In this document: in pieces, positions 1-8,365 of the stretch
How the letters are laid out: every line of letters starts with the position of its first letter
Position numbering within the stretch: position 1 is the first letter of the stretch
IMG/VR virus record: IMGVR_UViG_648276652_000015
Length of the DNA stretch: 16,822 bases
Strand: one strand, 5' to 3'
Source: a virus
Lineage: Duplodnaviria; Heunggongvirae; Uroviricota; Caudoviricetes
Notes under the pieces: model-generated
What the model was told of the DNA's origin: nothing
Databases searched by the model: none
The model's input: only the letters and a program-made list of their open reading frames with translations
Translations under genes and position numbers: made by a program

Positions 1-219
1 TTACGGGGAGTGGCCGTAGGCCGGAAAAACTGGATGTTCGCGGGTTCCGACAGCGGTGGTGAACATGCGGCGGTGTTGTACTCGCTGATCGGCACATGCC
101 GTCTGAACAATGTGGAGCCAGAAAAGTGGCTGCGTTACGTCATTGAACATATCCAGGACTGGCCGGCAAACCGGGTACGCGATCTGTTGCCCTGGAAAGT
201 TGATCTGAGCTCTCAGTAA
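1..219 (+). CDS. IS66-family transposase (TnpC-like), C-terminal part; 5' end lies upstream of the window
   Basis: Reading frame is open from base 1 to the TAA at 217-219. The tail ...NWMFAGSDSGGEHAAVLYSLIGTCRLNNVEPEKWLRYVIEHIQDWPANRVRDLLPWKV matches my recollection of IS66/ISEc8-type transposase C-termini. Not search-verified. Confidence 0.8.
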   Translation, partial: LRGVAVGRKNWMFAGSDSGGEHAAVLYSLIGTCRLNNVEPEKWLRYVIEHIQDWPANRVRDLLPWKVDLSSQ

Positions 220-249
220 ATATCAATACGGTTCTGACGAGTCGCTTAC
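1..249 (+). mobile_element. Right end of an IS66-family insertion sequence (partial; left part outside window)
   Basis: Transposase 3' end followed by a terminus reading ...GTCGCTTAC (reverse complement GTAAGCG..., the usual IS66-family end). Sequence from 250 onward continues in-frame as phage gene D. Confidence 0.7.
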
Positions 250-316
250 GGAGGCTGCCAGCGACGAGACGAAAAAACGGACCGCGTTTGCCGGAACGGC
301 AATCAGCATCGTTTAA
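250..316 (+). pseudogene. D: 3' remnant of head decoration protein gene D, truncated by the IS66-family insertion
   Basis: Frame ending at TAA 314-316 encodes EAASDETKKRTAFAGTAISIV*, which matches the lambda gpD C-terminus as I recall it. There is no start codon or N-terminal coding sequence between the IS end and this segment. Confidence 0.8.
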
Positions 317-333
317 CCTGACCCTTCATCACT

Positions 334-358
334 AAAGGCCGCCTGTGCGGCTTTTTTT
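334..358 (+). terminator. Terminator-like hairpin between D remnant and E
   Basis: Arms AAAGGCCGC (334-342) and GCGGCTTTT (347-355) with loop CTGT, followed by a T-run to 358. Lying inside a late operon it is probably partial or an RNA-stability element. Confidence 0.45.
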
Positions 359-371
359 ACGGGATTTTTTT

Positions 372-1397
372 ATGTCGATGTACACAACCGCCCAGCTGCT
401 GGCGGCAAATGAGCAGAAATTTAAGTTTGATCCGCTGTTTCTGCGTCTCTTTTTCCGTGAGAGCTATCCCTTCACCACGGAGAAAGTCTATCTCTCACAA
501 ATTCCTGGACTGGTAAACATGGCGCTGTACGTTTCGCCAATTGTTTCCGGTGAGGTTATCCGTTCCCGTGGCGGCTCCACCTCTGAATTTACGCCGGGTT
601 ATGTCAAGCCGAAGCATGAGGTGAATCCGCAGATGACCCTGCGTCGCCTGCCGGATGAAGATCCGCAGAATCTGGCGGACCCGGCTTACCGCCGCCGTCG
701 CATCATCCTGCAGAACATGCGTGACGAAGAGCTGGCCATTGCTCAGGTCGAAGAGATGCAGGCAGTTTCTGCCGTGCTCAAGGGCAAATACACCATGACC
801 GGTGAAGCCTTCGATCCGGTTGAGGTGGATATGGGCCGCAGTGCGGCGAACAACATCACGCAGTCCGGCGGCACGGAGTGGAGCAAGCGTGACAAGTCCA
901 CGTATGACCCGACCGACGATATCGAAGCCTACGCGCTGAACGCCAGCGGCGTGGTGAATATCATCGTGTTTGATCCGAAAGGCTGGGCGCTGTTCCGTTC
1001 CTTCAAAGCCGTCAAGGAGAAGCTGGATACCCGTCGCGGCTCTAATTCCGAGCTGGAGACAGCGGTAAAAGACCTGGGCGAAGCGGTGTCCTATAAGGGG
1101 ATGTATGGCGATACGGCGATCGTCGTGTATTCCGGACAGTACGTGGAAAACGACGTCAAAAAGAACTTCCTGCCGGACAACACGATGGTGCTGGGGAACA
1201 CTCAGGCACGCGGTCTGCGCACCTATGGCTGCATTCAGGATGCGGACGCACAGCGCGAAGGTATTAACGCCTCTGCCCGCTACCCGAAAAACTGGGTGAC
1301 CACCGGCGATCCGGCGCGTGAGTTCACCATGATTCAGTCAGCACCGCTGATGCTGCTGGCTGACCCTGATGCGTTCGTGTCCGTACAACTGGCGTAA
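372..1397 (+). CDS. E: Major capsid protein (lambda gpE-like)
   Basis: 341-codon ORF starting MSMYTTAQLLAANEQKFKFDPLF..., near-identical to lambda gpE as recalled and of the same length. ATG at 372 preferred over the ORF-track GTG at 345. Confidence 0.95.
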   Translation: MSMYTTAQLLAANEQKFKFDPLFLRLFFRESYPFTTEKVYLSQIPGLVNMALYVSPIVSGEVIRSRGGSTSEFTPGYVKPKHEVNPQMTLRRLPDEDPQNLADPAYRRRRIILQNMRDEELAIAQVEEMQAVSAVLKGKYTMTGEAFDPVEVDMGRSAANNITQSGGTEWSKRDKSTYDPTDDIEAYALNASGVVNIIVFDPKGWALFRSFKAVKEKLDTRRGSNSELETAVKDLGEAVSYKGMYGDTAIVVYSGQYVENDVKKNFLPDNTMVLGNTQARGLRTYGCIQDADAQREGINASARYPKNWVTTGDPAREFTMIQSAPLMLLADPDAFVSVQLA

Positions 1398-1399
1398 TC

Positions 1400-1420
1400 A
1401 TGGCCCTTCGGGGCCATTTT
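1400..1420 (+). terminator. Stem-loop with UUCG tetraloop immediately after E
   Basis: ATGGCCC (1400-1406), loop TTCG (1407-1410), GGGCCAT (1411-1417), then TTT. Sits 3 nt after the E stop and upstream of the FI ribosome-binding site GGAGGA (1429-1434). Confidence 0.45.
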
Positions 1421-1438
1421 CTCTCTGTGGAGGAGTCC

Positions 1439-1834
1439 ATGACGAAAGATGAACTGATTGCTCGTCTTCAGGTGCTGGGTGAGCAACTGAACCGTGATGT
1501 CAGCCTGACGGGGACGAAAGAAGAACTGGCACTCCGTGTGGCAGAGCTGGAAGAGGAGCTTGATGACACGGATGACGCTGCTGGTCAGGACACATCTGTC
1601 AGCCCGGAAAATGCGCTGACCGGACATGAAAATGAGGTTGTATCAGCGCAGCCGGATACCGTGACTGATACGGCTGATCTGGTCACGGTTGTGGCACTGG
1701 TGACGCTGCATACTGATGCACTTCACGCCACGCGGGATGAGGCTGTGGCATTTGTGCTGCCGGGAACGGCGTTCCGTGTCTCTGCCGGTGTGGCAGCTGA
1801 AATGACAGAGCGCGGCCTGGCCAGAATGCAATAA
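1439..1834 (+). CDS. FI: DNA packaging / head assembly protein FI
   Basis: ORF MTKDELIARLQVLGEQLNRDVSLTGTKEELALRVAELEEEL... matches lambda gpFI as recalled. ATG 1439 is preceded by GGAGGA; the ORF-track start at 1400 is an upstream in-frame non-ATG codon. Confidence 0.9.
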   Translation: MTKDELIARLQVLGEQLNRDVSLTGTKEELALRVAELEEELDDTDDAAGQDTSVSPENALTGHENEVVSAQPDTVTDTADLVTVVALVTLHTDALHATRDEAVAFVLPGTAFRVSAGVAAEMTERGLARMQ

Positions 1835-1845
1835 CGGGAGGCGCT

Positions 1846-2199
1846 GTGGCTGATTTCGATAACCTGTTCGATGCTGCCATTGCCCGCGCCGATGAAACGA
1901 TACGCGGGTACATGGGAACGTCAGCCACCATGACATCCGGTGAGCAGTCCGGTGCTGTGATACGTGGTGTTTTTGATGATCCTGAAAATATCAGTTATGC
2001 CGGACAGGGCGTGCGCGTTGAAGGCTCCAGCCCGTTCCTGTTTGTCCGGACTGATGATGTGCGGCAGCTGCGGCGCGGCGACACGCTGACCATCGGTGAG
2101 GAAAACTTCTGGATAGACCGGATTTCGCCGGATGATGGCGGAAGCTGTCATCTCTGGCTTGGGCGGGGCGTACCGCCTGCCGTTAACCGTCGCCGCTGA
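1846..2199 (+). CDS. FII: Head-tail joining protein FII
   Basis: 117-aa ORF MADFDNLFDAAIARADETIRGYMGTSAT...GRGVPPAVNRRR with a GTG start preceded by GGGAGG; matches lambda gpFII in length and sequence as recalled. Confidence 0.9.
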   Translation: MADFDNLFDAAIARADETIRGYMGTSATMTSGEQSGAVIRGVFDDPENISYAGQGVRVEGSSPFLFVRTDDVRQLRRGDTLTIGEENFWIDRISPDDGGSCHLWLGRGVPPAVNRRR

Positions 2200-2210
2200 A
2201 AGGGGGATGT

Positions 2211-2789
2211 ATGGCCATAAAAGGTCTTGAGCAGGCCGTTGAAAACCTCAGCCGTATCAGCAGAACGGCGGTGCCCGGTGCCGCCGCAATGGCCATTAAC
2301 CGCGTTGCTTCATCCGCGATATCGCAGTCGGCGTCACAGGTTGCCCGTGAGACAAAGGTACGCCGGAAACTGGTAAAGGAAAGGGCCAGGCTGAAAAGGG
2401 CCACGGTCAAAAATCCGCAGGCCAGAATCAAGGTTAACCGGGGGGATTTGCCCGTAATCAAGCTGGGTAACGCGCGGATTGTCCTGTCCCGACGCAGGCG
2501 TCGTAAAAAGGGGCAGCGTTCAGCCCTGAAAGGTGGCGGCAGCGTGCTTGTGGTGGGAAACCGTCGTATTCCCGGCGCGTTTATTCAGCAACTGAAAAAT
2601 GGCCGGTGGCATGTCATGCAGCGTGTGGCCGGGAAAAACCGTTACCCCATTGATGTGGTGAAAATCCCGATGGCGGTGCCGCTGACCACGGCGTTTAAAC
2701 AAAATATTGAGCGGATCCGGCGTGAACGTCTTCCGAAAGAGCTGGGCTATGCGCTGCAGCATCAACTGAGGATGGTAATAAAGCGATGA
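2211..2789 (+). CDS. Z: Tail completion protein Z
   Basis: 192-aa ORF MAIKGLEQAVENLSRISRTAV...; position and length as lambda gpZ. Stop overlaps the U start (ATGA). Confidence 0.9.
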   Translation: MAIKGLEQAVENLSRISRTAVPGAAAMAINRVASSAISQSASQVARETKVRRKLVKERARLKRATVKNPQARIKVNRGDLPVIKLGNARIVLSRRRRRKKGQRSALKGGGSVLVVGNRRIPGAFIQQLKNGRWHVMQRVAGKNRYPIDVVKIPMAVPLTTAFKQNIERIRRERLPKELGYALQHQLRMVIKR

Positions 2790-3181
2790 AACATACTGAA
2801 CTCCGTGCAGCCGTACTGGATGCACTGGAGAAGCATGACACCGGGGCGACGTTTTTTGATGGTCGCCCCGCTGTTTTTGATGAGGCGGATTTTCCGGCAG
2901 TTGCCGTTTATCTCACCGGCGCTGAATACACGGGCGAAGAGCTGGACAGCGATACCTGGCAGGCGGAGCTGCATATCGAAGTTTTCCTGCCTGCTCAGGT
3001 ACCGGATTCAGAGCTGGATTCGTGGATGGAGTCCCGGATTTATCCGGTGATGAGCGATATCCCGGCACTGTCAGATTTGCTCACCAGTATGGTGGCCAGT
3101 GGCTATGACTACCGGCGCGACGATGATGCGGGCCTGTGGAGTTCTGCCGATCTGACTTATGTCATTACCTATGAAATGTGA
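2786..3181 (+). CDS. U: Tail tube terminator protein U
   Basis: 131-aa [42 protein letters not shown]...; lambda gpU-like, same length. Confidence 0.9.
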   Translation: MKHTELRAAVLDALEKHDTGATFFDGRPAVFDEADFPAVAVYLTGAEYTGEELDSDTWQAELHIEVFLPAQVPDSELDSWMESRIYPVMSDIPALSDLLTSMVASGYDYRRDDDAGLWSSADLTYVITYEM

Positions 3182-3188
3182 GGACGAT

Positions 3189-3929
3189 ATGCCTGTACCA
3201 AATCCAGCAATACCGGTGAAAGGTGCCGGGACCACCCTGTGGGTTTATAACGGGAGCGGCGACCCTTATGCGAACCCGCTTTCAGACGTTGACTGGTCGC
3301 GTCTGGCTAAAGTTAAAGACCTGACGCCCGGCGAACTGACCGCTGAGTCCTATGACGACAGTTATCTCGATGATGAAGATGCGGACTGGACTGCGACCGG
3401 GCAGGGGCAGAAATCAGCCGGAGATACCAGCTTCACGCTGGCGTGGATGCCCGGAGAGCAGGGGCAGCAGGCGCTGCTGGCGTGGTTTAATGAAGGTGAT
3501 ACCCGTGCCTATAAAATCCGCTTCCCGAACGGCACGGTCGATGTGTTCCGTGGCTGGGTCAGCAGTATCGGTAAGGCGGTGACGGCGAAGGAAGTGATCA
3601 CCCGTACGGTGAAGGTCACCAATGTGGGCCGTCCGTCAATGGCAGAAGATCGCAGCACGGTAACAGCGGCAACCGGCATGACCGTGACGCCTGCCAGCAC
3701 CTCGGTGGTGAAAGGGCAGAGCACCATGCTGACCGTGGCCTTCCAGCCGGAGGGCGTAACCGACAAGAGCTTCCGTGCGGTGTCAGCGGATAAAACAAAA
3801 GCCACCGTGTCGGTCAGTGGTATGACCATCACCGTGAAAGGCGTTGCTGCAGGTAAGGTCAACATTCCGGTTGTATCCGGTAATGGTGAACTTGCTGCGG
3901 TTGCAGAAATCACTGTCACCGACAGTTAA
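3189..3929 (+). CDS. V: Major tail tube protein V with C-terminal Ig-like domain
   Basis: 246-aa ORF from ATG 3189 ([31 protein letters not shown]...) preceded by GAGGA. The C-terminal about 90 aa ([13 protein letters not shown]...AEITVTDS) looks like a bacterial Ig-like fold, as in lambda gpV. Confidence 0.93.
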   Translation: MPVPNPAIPVKGAGTTLWVYNGSGDPYANPLSDVDWSRLAKVKDLTPGELTAESYDDSYLDDEDADWTATGQGQKSAGDTSFTLAWMPGEQGQQALLAWFNEGDTRAYKIRFPNGTVDVFRGWVSSIGKAVTAKEVITRTVKVTNVGRPSMAEDRSTVTAATGMTVTPASTSVVKGQSTMLTVAFQPEGVTDKSFRAVSADKTKATVSVSGMTITVKGVAAGKVNIPVVSGNGELAAVAEITVTDS

Positions 3930-3944
3930 TCCGGAGAGTCAGCG

Positions 3945-4367
3945 ATGTTCCTGAAAACCGAATCATTTGAACATAACGGCGTGACCGTCACGCTTTCTGA
4001 ACTGTCAGCCCTGCAGCGTATTGAGCATCTCGCCCTGATGAAACGGCAGGCAGAACAGGCGGAGTCAGACAGCAACCGGAAGTTTACTGTGGAAGACGCC
4101 ATCAGAACCGGCGCGTTTCTGGTGGCGATGTCCCTGTGGCATAACCATCCGCAGAAGACGCAGATGCCGTCCATGAATGAAGCCGTTAAACAGATTGAGC
4201 AGGAAGTGCTTACCACCTGGCCCACAGAGGCAATTTCTCATGCTGAAAACGTGGTGTACCGGCTGTCTGGTATGTATGAGTTTGTTGTGAATAATGCCCC
4301 TGAACAGACAGAGGACGCCGGGCCCGCAGAGCCTGTTTCTGCGGGAAAGTGTTCGACGGTGAGCTGA
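3945..4367 (+). CDS. G: Tail assembly chaperone G
   Basis: 140-aa ORF MFLKTESFEHNGVTVTLSELSALQRIEHLALMKRQ..., lambda gpG-like. Contains the slippery heptamer near its 3' end. Confidence 0.92.
   Translation: MFLKTESFEHNGVTVTLSELSALQRIEHLALMKRQAEQAESDSNRKFTVEDAIRTGAFLVAMSLWHNHPQKTQMPSMNEAVKQIEQEVLTTWPTEAISHAENVVYRLSGMYEFVVNNAPEQTEDAGPAEPVSAGKCSTVS
4343..4349 (+). other. Programmed -1 ribosomal frameshift site (G GGA AAG) producing the G-T fusion
   Basis: GGGAAAG at 4343-4349 is in X-XXY-YYZ register with the G frame (codons GGA 4344-4346, AAG 4347-4349). The -1 frame is open from 4349 to 4783 and encodes the T segment. Confidence 0.85.
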
Positions 4368-4783
4368 GTTTTGCCCTGAAACTGGCGCGTGAGATGGGGC
4401 GACCCGACTGGCGTGCCATGCTTGCCGGGATGTCATCCACGGAGTATGCCGACTGGCACCGCTTTTACAGTACCCATTATTTTCATGATGTTCTGCTGGA
4501 TATGCACTTTTCCGGGCTGACGTACACCGTGCTCAGCCTGTTTTTCAGCGATCCGGATATGCATCCGCTGGATTTCAGTCTGCTGAACCGGCGTGAGGCT
4601 GACGAAGAGCCTGAAGATGATGTGCTGATGCAGAAAGCGGCAGGGCTTGCCGGAGGTGTCCGCTTTGGCCCGGACGGGAATGAAGTTATCCCTACTTCCC
4701 CGGATGTGGCGGACATGACGGAGGATGACGTAATGCTGATGACAGTATCAGAAGGGATCGCAGGAGGAGTCCGGTATGGCTGA
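4349..4783 (+). CDS. T: T segment of tail assembly chaperone, expressed as G-T fusion by -1 frameshift (no independent start expected)
   Basis: The -1 frame relative to G is open for 144 codons (..FDGELSFALKLAREMGRPDWRAMLAGMSSTEYADW...). Same arrangement and length as lambda G/T. Confidence 0.88.
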   Translation: MFDGELSFALKLAREMGRPDWRAMLAGMSSTEYADWHRFYSTHYFHDVLLDMHFSGLTYTVLSLFFSDPDMHPLDFSLLNRREADEEPEDDVLMQKAAGLAGGVRFGPDGNEVIPTSPDVADMTEDDVMLMTVSEGIAGGVRYG

Positions 4784-7337
4784 ACCGGTAGGCGATCTGG
4801 TCGTTGATTTGAGTCTGGATGCGGCCAGATTTGACGAGCAGATGGCCAGAGTCAGGCGTCATTTTTCCGGTACGGAAAGTGATGCGAAAAAAACAGCGGC
4901 AGTCGTTGAACAGTCGCTGAGCCGACAGGCGCTGGCTGCACAGAAAGCGGGGATTTCCGTCGGGCAGTATAAAGCCGCCATGCGTATGCTGCCTGCACAG
5001 TTCACCGACGTGGCCACGCAGCTTGCAGGCGGGCAAAGTCCGTGGCTGATCCTGCTGCAACAGGGTGGTCAGGTTAAGGACTCCTTCGGCGGGATGATCC
5101 CCATGTTCAGGGGGCTTGCCGGTGCGATCACCCTGCCGATGGTGGGGGCCACCTCGCTGGCGGTGGCGACCGGTGCGCTGGCGTATGCCTGGTATCAGGG
5201 CAACTCAACCCTGTCCGATTTCAACAAAACGCTGGTCCTTTCCGGCAATCAGGCGGGACTGACGGCAGATCGTATGCTGGTCCTGTCCAGAGCCGGGCAG
5301 GCGGCAGGGCTGACGTTTAACCAGACCAGCGAGTCACTCAGCGCACTGGTTAAGGCGGGAGTAAGCGGTGAGGCTCAGATTGCATCCATCAGCCAGAGTG
5401 TGGCGCGTTTCTCCTCTGCATCCGGCGTGGAGGTGGACAAGGTCGCTGAAGCCTTCGGGAAGCTGACCACAGACCCGACGTCAGGGCTGACAGCGATGGC
5501 ACGCCAGTTCCATAACGTGACGGCGGAGCAGATTGCGTATGTTGCTCAGTTGCAGCGTTCCGGCGATGAAGCCGGGGCATTGCAGGCGGCGAACGAGGCC
5601 GCGACGAAAGGGTTTGATGACCAGACACGACGCCTGAAAGAGAACATGGGCACGCTGGAAACCTGGGCAGACAGGACAGCGCGGGCATTCAAATCCATGT
5701 GGGATGCGGTGCTGGATATTGGTCGTCCTGATACCGCTCAGGAGATGCTGATTAAGGCAGAGGCTGCGTTTAAGAAAGCGGACGACATCTGGAATCTGCG
5801 CAAGGATGATTATTTTGTTAACGATGAAGCGCGGGCGCGTTACTGGGATGATCGTGAAAAGGCCCGTCTTGCGCTTGAAGCCGCCCGAAAGAAGGCTGAA
5901 CAGCAGAGTCAACAGGACAAAAATGCGCAGCAGCAGAGCGATACCGAAGCGTCACGGCTGAAATATACCGAAGAGGCGCAGAAGGCTTACGAACGGCTGC
6001 AGACGCCGCTGGAGAAATATACCGCCCGTCAGGAAGAACTGAACAAGGCACTGAAAGACGGGAAAATCCTGCAGGCAGATTACAACACGCTGATGGCGGC
6101 GGCGAAAAAGGATTATGAAGCGACGCTGAAAAAGCCGAAACAGTCCGGCGTGAAGGTGTCTGCGGGCGATCGTCAGGAAGACAGTGCTCATGCTGCCCTG
6201 CTGACGCTTCAGGCTGAACTCCGGACGCTGGAGAAGCATGCCGGAGCAAATGAGAAAATCAGCCAGCAGCGCCGGGATTTGTGGAAGGCGGAGAGTCAGT
6301 TCGCGGTACTGGAGGAGGCGGCACAACGTCGCCAGCTGTCCGCACAGGAGAAATCCCTGCTGGCGCATAAAGATGAGACGCTGGAGTACAAACGCCAGCT
6401 GGCTGCACTTGGCGATAAGGTCACGTATCAGGAGCGCCTGAATGTGCTGGCGCAGCAGGCGGATAAATTCGCACAGCAGCAACGGGCAAAACGGGCCGCC
6501 ATTGATGCGAAAAGCCGGGGGCTGACTGACCGGCAGGCAGAACGGGAAGCCACAGAACAGCGCCTGAATGAACAGTATGGCGATAATCCGCTGGCGCTGA
6601 ATAACGTCATGTCAGAGCAGAAAAAGACCTGGGCGGCTGAAGACCAGCTTCGCGGGAACTGGATGGCAGGCCTGAAGTCCGGCTGGAGTGAGTGGGAAGA
6701 GAGCGCCACGGACAGTATGTCGCAGGTAAAAAGTGCAGCCACGCAGACCTTTGATGGTATTGCACAGAATATGGCGGCGATGCTGACCGGCAGTGAACAG
6801 AACTGGCGCAGCTTCACCCGTTCCGTGCTGTCCATGATGACAGAAATTCTGCTTAAGCAGGCAATGGTGGGGATTGTCGGGAGTATCGGCAGCGCCATTG
6901 GCGGGGCTGTTGGTGGCGGCGCATCCGCGTCAGGCGGTACAGCCATTCAGGCCGCTGCGGCGAAATTCCATTTTGCAACCGGAGGGTTTACGGGAACCGG
7001 CGGCAAATATGAGCCAGCGGGGATTGTTCACCGTGGTGAGTTTGTCTTCACGAAGGAGGCAACCAGCCGGATTGGCGTGGGGAATCTTTACCGGCTGATG
7101 CGCGGCTATGCCACCGGCGGTTATGTCGGTACACCGGGCAGCATGGCAGACAGCCGGTCGCAGGCGTCCGGGACGTTTGAGCAGAATAACCATGTGGTGA
7201 TTAACAACGACGGCACGAACGGGCAGATAGGGCCACAGGCGCTGAAGGCTGTTTATGACGTAGCCCGTAAGGCGGCAATGGATGTTGTGACCGGGCAGAT
7301 GCGCGATGGTGGTCTGTTCTCCGGAGGTGGACGATGA
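4776..7337 (+). CDS. H: Tail tape measure protein H
   Basis: 853-aa ORF, the same length as lambda gpH, with a coiled-coil-rich middle and Gly-rich C-terminal region. Start overlaps the T stop; stop overlaps the M start (ATGA). Confidence 0.93.
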   Translation: MAEPVGDLVVDLSLDAARFDEQMARVRRHFSGTESDAKKTAAVVEQSLSRQALAAQKAGISVGQYKAAMRMLPAQFTDVATQLAGGQSPWLILLQQGGQVKDSFGGMIPMFRGLAGAITLPMVGATSLAVATGALAYAWYQGNSTLSDFNKTLVLSGNQAGLTADRMLVLSRAGQAAGLTFNQTSESLSALVKAGVSGEAQIASISQSVARFSSASGVEVDKVAEAFGKLTTDPTSGLTAMARQFHNVTAEQIAYVAQLQRSGDEAGALQAANEAATKGFDDQTRRLKENMGTLETWADRTARAFKSMWDAVLDIGRPDTAQEMLIKAEAAFKKADDIWNLRKDDYFVNDEARARYWDDREKARLALEAARKKAEQQSQQDKNAQQQSDTEASRLKYTEEAQKAYERLQTPLEKYTARQEELNKALKDGKILQADYNTLMAAAKKDYEATLKKPKQSGVKVSAGDRQEDSAHAALLTLQAELRTLEKHAGANEKISQQRRDLWKAESQFAVLEEAAQRRQLSAQEKSLLAHKDETLEYKRQLAALGDKVTYQERLNVLAQQADKFAQQQRAKRAAIDAKSRGLTDRQAEREATEQRLNEQYGDNPLALNNVMSEQKKTWAAEDQLRGNWMAGLKSGWSEWEESATDSMSQVKSAATQTFDGIAQNMAAMLTGSEQNWRSFTRSVLSMMTEILLKQAMVGIVGSIGSAIGGAVGGGASASGGTAIQAAAAKFHFATGGFTGTGGKYEPAGIVHRGEFVFTKEATSRIGVGNLYRLMRGYATGGYVGTPGSMADSRSQASGTFEQNNHVVINNDGTNGQIGPQALKAVYDVARKAAMDVVTGQMRDGGLFSGGGR

Positions 7338-7663
7338 AAACCTTCCGCTGGAAAGTGAAACCCGGGATGGATGTGACATCGGCTCCTTCCGTCAGGGAGG
7401 TGCGCTTTGGTGATGGCTATTCCCAGCGTGCGCCTGCCGGGCTGAACGCTGACCTGAAAACGTACAGCGTGACGCTGTCTGTCTCCCGTGAGGAGGCCAC
7501 GGCGCTGGAGTCGTTTCTGGCAGAGCACGGAGGCTGGAAGGCCTTTCTGTGGACGCCGCCTTATGGTTACAGGAAGATAAAGGTGACCTGCGCAAAATGG
7601 TCGTCGCAGGTCAGTATGTTGCGTGTTGAGTTCAGCGCAGAGTTTAAACAGGTGGTGAACTGA
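7334..7663 (+). CDS. M: Tail tip protein M
   Basis: 109-aa ORF MKTFRWKVKPGMDVTSAPSVREVRFGDGYSQRAPAGLNADLKTYSV...; lambda gpM-like, same length. Confidence 0.9.
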   Translation: MKTFRWKVKPGMDVTSAPSVREVRFGDGYSQRAPAGLNADLKTYSVTLSVSREEATALESFLAEHGGWKAFLWTPPYGYRKIKVTCAKWSSQVSMLRVEFSAEFKQVVN

Positions 7664-8361
7664 TGCAGGATATCCGGCAGGAAACACTGAATGAATGCAC
7701 CCGTGCGGAGCAGTCGGCCAGCGTGGTGCTCTGGGAAATCGATCTGACAGAGGTCGGTGGAGAACGTTATTTTTTCTGTAATGAGCAGAACGAAAAAGGT
7801 GAGCCGGTCACCTGGCAGGGGCGACAGTATCAGCCGTATCCCATTCAGGGGACGGGATTTGAACTGAACGGCAAGGGCAGTGCTGCCCGTCCGACACTGA
7901 CGGTCTCTAACCTGTACGGTATGGTCACCGGGATGGCGGAAGATATGCAGAGTCTGGTCGGCGGAACGGTGGTCCGGCGTAAGGTTTACGCCCGTTTTCT
8001 GGATGCGGTGAACTTCGTCAACGGAAACAGAGACGCCGATCCGGAGCAGGAGGTGATCAGCCGCTGGCGCATCGAGCAGTGCAGCGAACTGAGCGCGGTG
8101 AGTGCCTCCTTTGTACTGTCCACGCCGACGGAAACGGATGGCGCTGTTTTTCCGGGACGTATCATGCTGGCCAACACCTGCACCTGGACCTATCGCGGTG
8201 ATGAGTGCGGTTATCACGGTCCGGCAGTCGCGGATGAATATGACCAGCTGACGTCCGATATCACGAAGGATAAATGCAGCAAATGCCTGAGCGGCTGTAA
8301 GTTTCGCAATAACGTCGGCAACTTTGGCGGCTTCCTTTCCATTAACAAACTTTCGCAGTAA
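7663..8361 (+). CDS. L: Tail tip protein L (Cys-rich C-terminus, putative Fe-S binding)
   Basis: 232-aa ORF, same length as lambda gpL. C-terminal cysteine cluster CTWTYRGDECGYHGP...DKCSKCLSGCKF. Start overlaps the M stop by 1 nt (TGATG). Confidence 0.9.
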   Translation: MQDIRQETLNECTRAEQSASVVLWEIDLTEVGGERYFFCNEQNEKGEPVTWQGRQYQPYPIQGTGFELNGKGSAARPTLTVSNLYGMVTGMAEDMQSLVGGTVVRRKVYARFLDAVNFVNGNRDADPEQEVISRWRIEQCSELSAVSASFVLSTPTETDGAVFPGRIMLANTCTWTYRGDECGYHGPAVADEYDQLTSDITKDKCSKCLSGCKFRNNVGNFGGFLSINKLSQ

Positions 8362-8365
8362 ACCC

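Noticed and set aside
345-371. Upstream in-frame non-ATG starts proposed by the ORF track for E (345), FI (1400), V (3159) and K (8324)
   Set aside because: In each case a downstream ATG with better ribosome-binding-site spacing gives the lambda-length product. The extensions would overlap the preceding gene or hairpin.
1105-1299. Small same-strand alternative-frame ORFs inside E, U, V, H, I, J and stf (for example 1105-1299, 2805-3050, 3352-3582, 6238-6441, 9419-9637, 12728-12970, 15928-16143)
   Set aside because: Each is fully embedded in a longer, well-supported ORF in another frame, with no independent ribosome-binding site or recognisable motif.
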